A stretch of 64,000 bases of DNA, from positions 37,633-101,632 of the forward strand of contig RHPI01002264.1 in assembly GCA_009103225.1 (NCBI GenBank). Reading direction: 5' to 3'. Positions 10,575 to 20,814 of this stretch are shown here, piece after piece (the stretch's first letter is position 1; every line of letters begins with the position of its first letter). The notes under the pieces were generated by a model. That model ran no database searches and was not told where the DNA came from. It saw only the letters and a list, made by a program, of their open reading frames with translations. The position numbers were made by a program, and so were the translations under genes. This stretch comes from Chlorokybus atmophyticus (Eukaryota; Plantae; Mesostigma and Chlorokybus algae).

Positions 10575-13500
10575 CTTGCTCTTGTAGTCAAACACAGATG
10601 CCAAGTCCGGCGCAACAAGTCTTGAACTTGAGCGGTGACAATGGCTTTGTCATGAAGTCCGCCAGCATGCCCTTAGTGTTGCAGTGGAACTGGAACTCCA
10701 CCTCCTTCCTTGTGACTCTGTCACGCACAAAGTGATGAATGGCATCAATGTGCTTTGTCCTGTCGAGGCGATAGGGTGCTTCAACAACTTGATGGCTCCT
10801 TGGTTGTCACAGTTGATGACGATGCACGCCATGGGGTGCTCCAAATCTGCCATGAGCTTGCGAAGCCAGAGTGCCTCCTTTACTGCTGCTGCCGCTGCCA
10901 TGTACTCAGCCTCTGATGTGGATGCTGCTGTTGTTGGCTGCAGCCTGCTATTCCAGCTCACCACGCCTCCGTTTAGCTTGAAGACGTAGCCTGTAGTAGA
11001 CCTCCTGCTGTTGAGGTCACCAGCAAAGTCCGAGTCGCAGTAGCCCTCCAACTCAGTGCTCCCGCTCCCAAACTTGATGCCAACTGTTGCGCTCCGAGCA
11101 ACATAGCGTAGTACTCCCTTTGCTGCTCTCCAGTGCTCCATGCTCGGTGCAGACATGTAGCGAGCAAGTACTCCCACAGCATGTGCAACATCGGGACGTG
11201 TGCACACTGCCAGATAGAGCATGCTGCCTACCAGCTCACCATATGGATACTGAGCCTTGTCGAGTACCTCCTCATCCTTTGCCTTGATGAGGGCAGTGCC
11301 AAGTGCCAACGGTGTGGTCTTGGTCTTCGCTTCAGTGAGCCCAAACTTGGTGACGAGTCTTCTCACCATCTGCTCCTGACTGATCTTGATTGTGCGAGCC
11401 GCCCTGTCGCGCTCAATCACCATGCCAAGGAACCACTTGGCCTCTCCAAGATCACGAACTGAGAATGCTTGCTGTAGAGCAAGTTTCGTCTCCTGCAGGT
11501 GGTGCACCTGCCTGGCGATGATGATGATATCATCAACATACACGAGCAGTCAGACCTTGTTGTCTGCATGGATGAAAAGTCCAGGGTCTGCAGAGGATGC
11601 GGTGAAGCCAAGTGCCTCCAGCTCCTTGGTGAGCTTGATGTGCCACATACGCAGTGCCTGTCGCAGCCCGTACAGTGCCTTGATCAGCTTGCACGCTGTG
11701 CCTCTCTCCCCTTCTTCATATCCAGGTGGTTGCTCGATGAAGATCTCCTCCTCCAGCTCTCCGTAGAGGAAGGCAGTCTTCACATCCAGGTGATGCAGCT
11801 CTAGGTCTTCAGCAGCAACCATAGCTAGCAGTGCACGGAAGGTGGTATGCTTACTTGCAGGTGCAAACACTTCGTTGAAGTCCACACCTTCCTGCTGCAA
11901 GAAGCCCTTTGCCACCAGTCTTGCCTTGTAGCGCTCAATGTTGCCCTGACCATCACGCTTCACCTTGAAGACCCATTTCACTGGAATGGTCTTCACTCCT
12001 TGCGGTAACTGCTCCAGTGACCAAGTGTTGTTGGCATGGAGTGACGCAATCTCCTCGTCCATAGCACGCTGCCATTGCTCCGCATCTGATGCTAACAATG
12101 CCTCCTCGTAGGTGCTTGGCTCCTCATTCTGCACACTGGCAACGTGTGCCTTGTGTAGGAAGTCAGGTGCCTTTCTCTCCCACTGGGTATCTCCGAGCTG
12201 CGTGCTCCTGCTGCAGGTGCGACTGCTTGTCTGCTACAGTGGAGTCCTGCTCACCCTTATCGTCGATGATGGCCTTGCCTGTAGCCTCCACTGTTTCAGG
12301 ATGCTCCGGCTGTGCTTCATCTTCAGGAAAGAAGCCTGCTTCTGGTTGTGATGATCCCTCGTGGAAAACCACCTCTCTGCTCATGATGATCTTCTGAGTG
12401 TCCTCGAGCAAGATCCTGTAAGCCTTGGAACCCGGATCATAGCCAACGAAGATGCCCTTCTTGCTGACCGGCTCCAGCTTGTGCCTGAGCTGTTTAGGCA
12501 CTAGTGCATATGCCGTGCATCCAAACACACGCATACCACTCACATCTGGTGTGGCTCCATAGAAGTGCTCCCACGGAGTCTTCTGCTCTGAGCTCACCGG
12601 AGACCTGTTGCGGATGTAGTTGGCAGTGAGTACCGCCTCCTTCCACAGACTGTCTTCCATCTTTGTGTCGTTGAGCATGGCTCGAACACGCTCCAAGAGT
12701 GTCCTGTTGAGGCGTTCAGCTGCTCCATTCTGCTGCGGGGTGTAGGGTGCCGTTGTCTCGTGGCGTATGCCCTTGCTGGCGAAGAACTCCTTCAACTCCT
12801 TGTTGATGTACTCCCCTCCTCGATCACTCCTCATTGCCTTCATCTTGTTGCCAGATTGCGTCTCCAGCAAGGCCACGACTGTGCGCACAGCTCCAGCAAC
12901 TTCTGACTTGAGCGTCAATGGAAAGATGATGGACAGCTTGCTGCAGTCGTCGAGAAATGTAGCAAAGTACCTGGCCCCTCCCTTCGCCACAATGCGCATA
13001 GGGCCACAGCCATCCATGTGCACAAGCTCGCAAGAATGCTGACTGCTAGAAGAGGATGATGGGAATGGCATAGCATGCTGCTTTGCAACCAGGCATGGTT
13101 CACAAAGTGCACCTGATGCATTCTTGAGTTCTTCGGTGCTGAGATGGATGCCCTTGACCAACTTCTCAGCGACAAGGCGAGTGAGGTTGACGTAGCTGAG
13201 ATGCCCGAACCTTCGATGCCACAATGTTGGCGACTCCTTGTCCTTCACTACCATGGCTTGAATGCCAATGTCCTTTTGGTGCTGCTCCACGTGGTAGAGC
13301 TCTCCCGGACCAGTGATTCCAACCATGTGCACGACCCCATCAAGGATGACTGTGCAGCCACCCTTTCGAAATAGGATCTCCGCGCCCAAGCGCTCCGCAA
13401 CCCTCACAGAGAATAGACTCGCAATAGCCTTAGGAACATGCATGACGTTGCGTAACAACACCTCGCGTAATGTGTTACCAACCTTGCACTGGAGTCGTAC

Positions 13501-14196
13501 GTTGCCAACTCCCTCAGCCACCAGTACTTCACCACCGAAGCCCGCCACCTTGATTGTGGACGTCAGCTTCCTGTAGCCCTCCATCACCTCCTTGTTTGGT
13601 GTGAGATGACGATCGCAGCCAGAGTCCACCACCCAGAAAGCTGTGCCCGCCCTCGAGCTGGATGCAGTGAAGGCGACATGTTTCTCCTTGTGTTGGTGCT
13701 CGTTGCCGCTGTTGCTGGTGCTTGCTCTAAGTTGCCCCTGTTGTTTCTTCCTACAGTCCTTCACAATGTGCCCCTTCCAACCACACCAGTCGCATGTGAG
13801 GTCTTTGTGACGAAGATTGCCTGGCTTGTTGCCCTTGTACTTCTCTTCATGGTTGCTCTTCTTTGCGTGCTTGCCGGTGTAGAAGGCGACGGCATCCGCT
13901 TGCTCGTCCTTCTTCACAACCCTCTGCTCCACGGTGAGCAGCTTCGGTAGCACATCGTCCAACGTCAACTCCGATGATGACGTCTCCAGCAGGGTTGCGA
14001 CGACCTCGTACTCTGCTGGTAGCCCTGCAACAATGGCCAGCACTACCTCCGTCTCCCCCATGTTGTGGCCGACGTTGATGAGGTCCGCCCACAGCTCTCT
14101 CGCGCGCGCAACATACTTTGTGATGGGTTCCGCTGCCTCCTTCCTGAGTGTGCTGAGGAAGTTGTCGAGCCTGCCTTTCTTGCAGTTGACACCCAA
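10575..14196 (-). pseudogene. Element C gag-pol (two frameshifts; gag N-terminus apparently shortened)
   Basis: CDWCGWKGHIVKDC knuckle, WVVDSGCDRH protease, WHRRFGH, ELVHMDGCGP...RSDRGGEY...PQQNGAAERLNR integrase, YKARLVAKG, YVDD, GYCDSDFAGD. Frame breaks near 12165 and 11548. Confidence 0.95.
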
Positions 14197-14273
14197 GGCT
14201 CTGCTACCAACAAGCTACCGTAGTGTAGAACTACTATGCACACAAGCTAGTCTCACACTCCTCAAGCGTAGTG

Positions 14274-14286
14274 TGGGCCCATAACC
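14274..14286 (-). promoter_or_regulatory. Element C PBS for an internal (half) tRNA-iMet primer
   Basis: GGTTATGGGCCCA directly after the 5' LTR, matching the PBS type of Drosophila copia and Volvox Osser. Confidence 0.85.
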
Positions 14287-14711
14287 TGTTGAAGGACTAG
14301 CATGCACATGTAGTTGAGGCAAGCATAGACACACAGAGACAGAGCTACCGCCACCAGAGCATACACAAGTCTCATCACATTTAGCTATTACAAGTTGTCC
14401 GCTGGTTCTTATACCAGCCAGTTACACACACGTCTACGTTTGCAAGCACTGCGTAAGCTATACTCAGCCTTTCAACGCGCTCTAAGTTGCGTTGTCTTTC
14501 TTACAACTAGAGCTTTCCAACAAGCTCTTACACGCCTAATATGAGTAAGTATACGCGGAGATACGAAGCAGTTAGTAAAGCTCCAGTCTGGAGTCCGGAG
14601 TCTGGTCCGACGACGCCATCTTGCTAAGTCCGGACCTAGTGCTCGTCCTTACGACCTTCTACTCCTGTGTGGAGGGTCGATGCTGATCGTATGTAGGAAT
14701 GACTCTCAACA
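14287..14711 (-). repeat. Element C 5' LTR
   Basis: Paired with 10121-10545. Confidence 0.96.
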
Positions 14712-14716
14712 GATAG

Positions 14717-15190
14717 GCCTTGGCGACGTGATGCCGCTTGTCATCCTCGGAGTGCACATTCTCGATGATGTACCCCAAGGGCCTAGCGATCTGACTGGTC
14801 TGCAGAAGTTTGATGACTCTCATTAGCTCCCAGAACAGCTGTGAGCGAGGATCAGAGAGCCCGTGGCCTCTGCCTGCCTTGGAGTGCCCTTGACACTCCC
14901 ATCCTGCTATCAGCAGGTCAATGTTGCCGACTGCCTGCAGGTGATCCTTGGTAATCCAGCGGATGTCCTGCGGTAGAGCCTTCTTGCTCCCTTGCAGTGC
15001 CGACAGTGGTAGCCGTTGCGGGTAGCGCTGGTGCAGCTGTCGTAAATGATGGCTCAGAGCCTCCTGTGCATGAGGGTCAGGTCCACAGTAGAGGTACTTG
15101 ATGACTGTTGTTCCTGTGTTGAGGACAGCCGCAAGCCCACTGCCTATGCCTCCGAACAGCTCCAGCACGGTGATGCCTTGTTGTCGGCGG
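14717..15190 (-). pseudogene. Element B C5 DNA methyltransferase, N-terminal half (motifs I-VI)
   Basis: VLELFGGIGSG (motif I), IDLLIAGWECQGHS (motif IV, catalytic Cys), YIIENV (motif VI). Confidence 0.9.
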
Positions 15191-15600
15191 AACATGTGGA
15201 ACTCTACAACTCCCGTAGCTATGTGGTACTGCTCCTGCACTGTAGCCTGGTCCTTATAGACAGGGAAGTGTGCAGTGAGCTGAGGCCTGGTCAGTAGCAT
15301 GTGTGCTGCTACCTGTGCACTCCAGCGGCGCTCGGACGGCTCCTGAAAGGCCACTTCTTTGGTGACAGTCTCCTGAGACTCATCGTAAGGTGTAGGAGAG
15401 TCCTCTTCAGCGTTCAGGCTCGGGCTCGAGCTTGTTGTAGCTGTCCTCGGCTGCGTTCGGGCACGAGGCACACATGAGCTTTTTGTAGAACTGTAGGTGG
15501 CTGATGCGGCCGATCTTCGTTGCGAGCTGGCCTTGGCCACCAGCTCAAGAGGTAGGAATCCCTGCTCCTCTCCATCTTCCTCATCCCAATGCGGTTGAAA

Positions 15601-16416
15601 TCATGCCTGCTCAGTCCAGCAGTCCATCCCCATGCCGACAGAGAAGTTGCAGTCCTGTCCCAGCAGTAGGTCAAAGGACCCGGCATTGGTGACCACACAC
15701 CTTTGTACAATCTCGGTGCTGTGGGAAGGGTTTAGTCCTGTGAGGCGGATGCTCACAGCCTGCTTGGTAAGGCCGAGCACCTTGTCGCGGTTGCCGGTTG
15801 CGGTGTTCAACTGGTAAGGACAGGGAAGCAGCTCAGCGCTAGTGACGCCGAGATCTCGTGCGAGGTAGCGCCCAATGATGACAGGCTGTGCTCCAGTGTC
15901 CAGCATCACGCGTTTGGGTGCCTGACCATTGACGGTCACGTGCTTGCCTTGGTTGGCGATCATGGCTGCATTGGCGTTGATGCGCAGCCTCTTGAAGCGA
16001 CGGAACCTCTTGCGTGGAGAGACTGTTGCTTCACTCTCATCCGCGGGGCCTGACCGTAGGGCAGCCATTGCTCCTTTGCCTGATGGATCTTGTGGGCCTC
16101 CTTGTCCTCGGCTGTGTCTAAACCGTCCTTGTCGCGGTTGCTGGTACACGCGTGGTGGCCTAGGCACTGGAGGTGCTGCTGCGACCTGTCCAAGTGGAGG
16201 TGCAGGAGGGTTGACCCTCTGTGCAGCTGTTGTCATGCCAGGAGGAGTGGCCAGCGGCTGTGGCGGGAACCCTGGAGGACCTGGTGTTTGCGGGACTGCC
16301 TCTCGTGCAGCCTGCTCCTCTGCATAGATCCACCGCACAGCATGGGCTGTCTCTCTGACTAGTGTACCTTCCCATGTAGCCGTCGCATTGTTGTCCACGT
16401 CTATATAGCGATGGTT
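15601..16416 (-). pseudogene. Element B aspartic protease region
   Basis: KRVMLDTGAQPVIIG and FDLLLGQD. Bounded by in-frame TAG (16417) and TGA (15601). Confidence 0.88.
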
Positions 16417-17640
16417 CTAAGGCATGGGCTGCAGGTACACTGCTCGTAGGAGCCGCGCTCTCATGTCGTGGGTGATGGTGGGCACCCTGAGGATCCCTGC
16501 CATGTAAGCATCCCATCTGCCGCTGACCACTCCCACTTCCAGCACTGTTATTGCTCGTGCACGTACAGTGAGGCGGGTCTCTGGCTGTTGGACATGCTGC
16601 TCGTAAGCAGCGGCGATGCGCCTGCGCTGACGTCCTGCCTCCACTCCTGGCAAACTCAGTATAGCCTCCAGAGCTCCCTCCAGAGTGTCAGTGGCGGCGG
16701 AAGCCACTTCATCATAGGCTTGCCGTATGGAGCGAAGGAATGCGTCCACCCACGCTATTCTGGCGCCGAAAGCGAACAACGGGACTGCGGGATGGTTGGT
16801 GACCAGCCACGTCACTAACCGTGCACGTGCCGCGTTGCCATTGTCTCGCATCCCAAGCATCTGCCGAAGTCCAATGCCTTCTTGCCGATGCAGCATGGTT
16901 GCTTGTCGCAACAGAGCAGTGCGTAGTTGTTGCTCTCCAACCAGTCCTGCTCCATCTCTTTGTGTACACCCTTGTGGTGTAAGGTAGCCCCTCCCTGGCT
17001 CCCTTTGGTCCTCAGGTAGATCCTCCACCAGCGCAGGCAGCAACGGGGCGATCACCCCCCTGGTTTGTTGAGCCAACGCCCTCGCTTGGTCAGAGTTGGT
17101 CTCGACGAAGAGCGGAGTGGTGCTGGAGGATGGACCAGCAGTTGGTGACTGAGGTATTGGTGCACGTGTAGCTTCAAGAGCTTGTTTACGTGCAGCAATG
17201 GCGGCAGCTTGATCCTGTCGCCAATGATATGCTTGTTCCAGTGCGTGGTAGCGCTGATGAAGGCGAGCGGTTGTAGGAGGTCCGAGTGCTTCATCAGTGC
17301 CCAAAGGCAGGTCGGCTGCGTCGGCGATGCGCTGCTGGACGGTGTCTCGGCGGTCCCGATACGTGTCCAGTGGGCTGGGTTCAAAGGTGGTGGTTGGCAT
17401 GCGTGCAGGCTGGCGCGGGGCGGTCTGCATGTTGTTGTGCAACGCCCAGAACAGCTGCAGGGCCAACTCCAACACTACAGGTGGGCTGTAGCTGATCAAA
17501 AACACCCTGTCACGCATCGGAGGTGCAGTGCCAGCAAGGATCTCATCTTCCAACTGGTGTTGAGTGAGTGCTGGAAGGGTGTGAACCTCTGGTAGCGGGA
17601 AGACGCGATCATCGCGGGCGACACGCGTGGTGCGCTCCCC
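16417..17640 (-). pseudogene. Element B uncharacterised ~400-aa segment between Gag and protease
   Basis: Open frame 16417-17694, in frame with the protease; no motif recognised. Confidence 0.7.
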
Positions 17641-19952
17641 CCCCGACCGAAGGCGATGGTAGTGGGGTCTGCTCCGCGCAGGATGGTCTCCCATGCTCGC
17701 TCAGCTTGGCGACCAGTTGGGACAGCCTGAGTGACGTCAAGAGCGGGCAGAGTGGCTGCGCGCGTCGCTGCAGCGACAGCGGGCTCGACGATGGCAATTG
17801 TGGCAGTTGCGACGGTACCGGTTGGTGGTGCGAGAGTTGTCTCAACGCCTACGGACAGAGGCACTGCTGCAGTGGGAAGTGCACCGCCCACTGGTGCAGA
17901 TTCGGTAGAGATGGCGGCTGCTGCCAGTGTGCTCACCAGCGTCGGCGTCAGGGTGCCCATCGGTGTACCAGGTTGTGGTGCAACTGGAGTGGGTGCTGAC
18001 GTTGGTGGAGTCGACGTTGTAGCCGGTGTGGCTGTTGCTGCGGAGGCAGCACCACTGGTGGCTTCGGAGGAGGTGCCTGCTGATGTTGTTGCAGCTTCCC
18101 CTCGTGCTCGTCGTGATGGTTGCACGCGGGACGGAGTGTTCCTGTCTCTCTCGCGTTTTGCAGCCATCAGCGCCCATCGGGCAGCGTAGCAGGCGCGGTA
18201 GTCCTGCTCCTTGTCTTCCTCCAAGCGTGCCATACGCGCCATGAGGGCTGCCATATGGTCATCAGCTGGTGGGTTGGCTGAAGCCTTGGCGGCAACAGCA
18301 GCAGCGCGCGGACGTGTCTCTGGTCCCTTACGCTGAGGAGGTCTGTTCTTCCCCCTGTAGCCTTGCTCTTCTTTGCGAACACTGGCATTGTTGTTGTTGT
18401 TACTGCCACCAGCGTTGTTGCTGTTGTGGGCTCCAGTGTTGTTGCTATTGTAGCCACTGAAGTGGTTGCCAGTGTGGCCTCCAGTGTTGTTGCTGTTGTA
18501 GCCACCGGAGTAGTTGTGGTTGTAGCTGTTGGCGGGCCTCAACTCTGGGAACTTGAGCCAGCAGACTGACTCCAAATGACCAGTCTTGTGACAGTGGTCG
18601 CAACCTAACGTTAAGTATTCTTCGGTGCACTCCTTTTGGTAGTGCCCATGCCGTCCACAGCGATGACACAGCACAGGGGCAGCAAGTGCAGCATGAGCTG
18701 ACCGTTTCCCTTTGTCGCGTGCTGGTGGAGCGTCCCGACCGCGGTCGCGGCGAGGAGGCTCAGTCGTCGTGCTGACTACAGGCCGTGCGGCGCTGCGGTT
18801 GGTGTCCAACACTACCTTCTCATACACCAAGCGCTTGTGGATGGCTTGTGCAGTCTCGAAGGCTTCTTTAAGGGTGTAGCCAAGGGGCCTGCTGTAGTTC
18901 AGAGTCAGGCGTGTCGACTCGCTCAGAGCAGCATCCAACTCATTGACGTATATCACTGCAGCAGCCTCCTCACTGACAATCTTGTAGTCGGTGTCCTTCA
19001 GCAGACCTTCCAGTCTGGAGTACAAGCGGAGGGGATCCTCATTGGGCTTGCGTCGGAAGCGTCTCAACTCCTCAACCTTGCTGGTGGTCTGAGGAGGGAA
19101 GGTGCGGCGCAGGGCAGCGTACAGGTCCTTGAGTGGAGAATCAAAGATGGCAGCTCCTACGGAGATGGCTGGTGCGCGCAGTGCTACTGACCTGAGGGTG
19201 AAAGTACTGCCTCCTGCACGAGAGCCAGGTGTTGCTGGAGGTAAAGGAGTACCCCACTCTGCGGCTGCCGCTTGCTGTGCAGCTCTTTGTTCCTCAATGA
19301 TGACGGCAGAACGGTCAAGGATGCGGACTCGACGTGTGGCCTCCTTGGACTCAACTTCTGCAGAGGTCAAGTTGACAAGTACCAACTCCGGTTCCTCCTC
19401 CTCTGCCTGCTTGAGAGCTGCAGCTATGGACAAGCCTGTTACTGCAACTGAAGTGGCAGGTGGAACGACACCTGATGGACGGTGCAGAGATGCAGATGCT
19501 ATGGTGCTGGCAAGCTCGCCATAGCCGTCTACTCAATGCAGTTCAGCAACGGACTTCCAGACATCGTGTGCTTCATGATCAAGATACTGAGCAGCAATGT
19601 GGAACGAGATCTCATCTGTCCAAACTTTGTTCTTCAGAGCTTGCTGCCGCATCTTGGAGTGGAACTTGATGATGAACTCATCCAGCGAGGTGGTACCGGC
19701 ACGTCCGGAGAAGCGCAGGGATGTGGTTGAACTGGAAGACTCCATCTCGTTGTCGTCGCTGTCCGATGATAGTGCAGAAGCTTGATGACGAGGAGTAGAG
19801 TGGAGCGGGGTGAAGCTGGAGATGGAGCGCGAGGCTCTGCTGCTGCGGTCGATGCTCCCGTCACTGGTCCGCTCGTAAGTGAGGTCGGTGGTTGGGCTCC
19901 AACTGCTGAGGTCACCCTCGTCTATTGGGGAGAACGGGGTGGGCCTGCTCAT
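17641..19952 (-). pseudogene. Element B gag
   Basis: ATG at 19952. RFSG...LDEFIIKF and EELRRFRRKPNEDP gag-like segments; two knuckles CHRCGRHGHYQKEC and CDHCHKTGHLESVC. One in-frame TGA at 19533-19535. Confidence 0.85.
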
Positions 19953-20141
19953 ACAGCTGGACCAGAGGTGAAAGGGTAGAGTGCTTGTGCTCTACCGTCT
20001 ATCCTGATGCTGTTACCACCCAACACACTAGTGCTTGTGCGCACTATGTGATGACAATGGTAACGAATGCCCAGCGATCTATCCCTGGGTGCAGACTGCA
20101 CTATCTGATGCAGATTGCAACACACTCACTTGTGCAAAGAG

Positions 20142-20156
20142 GGTGACACTGTAAGT
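20142..20156 (-). promoter_or_regulatory. Element B putative self-priming PBS
   Basis: ACTTACAGTGTCACC on the minus strand, directly after repeat A1, is the exact reverse complement of the minus-strand sequence at 20458-20472. Confidence 0.7.
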
Positions 20157-20814
20157 CAACAAGCCACTACGATAGGTAGTGCTGTGGACACAGTTCTTTG
20201 CATGAGTGGATAGAATGATACACTGTTAAGTGAGGTGAATGAGTGTGCAACACGTGGATACAACACCCTGACTACTGAAACAACACACCACCGTCAAGCT
20301 CACAGCAATGACAGGCACAACGCACAAGAGCATGCACCGTGTCTAACGCAGTAAGGGAATTCTTGGCAACCGGGGCGTGCTTCCAGTTCAAGTCGCTTCA
20401 CAAGCTCTTTAGAAACAGAGTCTTTACTTCTTAGTACTCCTAGTACTCACAGTACTCACTTACAGTGTCACCAGCCAGTCTGGTGACGTGACTTCCTACT
20501 TATACATGTCAAATCATGACTGTGCAGTGCCACGCGGGCACTAGGCCAACGGTCACATCGAGGCCTCATGCTATTTCGGAAATCTCCTAAGACTCGATAT
20601 AGCACATGTGTTCTTAACAGACTGTACAACCGATCAGCTACGCGCGGTCCCTACAGACAAGTCTATAAGGTAGCCCTAGCTACATGCTACATGAGTGGTA
20701 CAGTAGCTAGCAGTAGGCTGGGGCTCGCGCGGTCTTCATGCTGGTAGCCCGGGCGTGGGGCTGGGTGTAGGCATGCTCGAGAAGGACTGGCATGCGAGGG
20801 TAGCTGGCATGACA
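20154..20814 (-). repeat. Element B repeat A1 (5' terminal)
   Basis: Copy of 5378-6038; lacks any B segment other than the 14-bp overlap. Confidence 0.95.
20499..20504 (-). promoter_or_regulatory. Candidate TATA box of element B
   Basis: TATAAG on the minus strand about 30 nt upstream of the putative self-primer at 20472. Confidence 0.5.

Larger units (their letters stand above)
10121..14711 (-). mobile_element. Element C: Ty1/Copia LTR retrotransposon (defective)
   Basis: 425-bp TG...CA LTRs at 10121-10545 and 14287-14711. TSD GATAG at 10116-10120 and 14712-14716. Domain order gag-PR-IN-RT-RH. Confidence 0.97.
5152..20814 (-). mobile_element. Element B: Ty3/Gypsy-type retrotransposon with C5 DNA methyltransferase, PHD-integrase and split direct repeats
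   Basis: Ends TGTCGTGCC and GGCATGACA form an imperfect inverted repeat. 4-bp TSD CCAA at 5148-5151 and 20815-20818. Minus-strand polyprotein order Gag-X-PR-DNMT-RT-RH-IN-PHD. Confidence 0.96.

Noticed and set aside
7741-19535. Alternative genetic code (TAA/TAG = Gln) to explain B's in-frame stops
   Set aside because: Two of the five stops are TGA, and host genes terminate at TAG (cathepsin, TTC27) and TAA (CEP135).
20155-20166. TGGCTTGTTGAC as a tRNA PBS
   Set aside because: It starts with TGG but implies an acceptor stem unlike the tRNAs I know. It also occurs at the PPT side and lies inside the repeat. A tRNA database search would be decisive.
5152-20814. Classifying B as DIRS/PAT/Ngaro because of its split repeats
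   Set aside because: It has an aspartic protease, a DDE integrase and a TSD, and I found no tyrosine-recombinase RHRY motif pattern.
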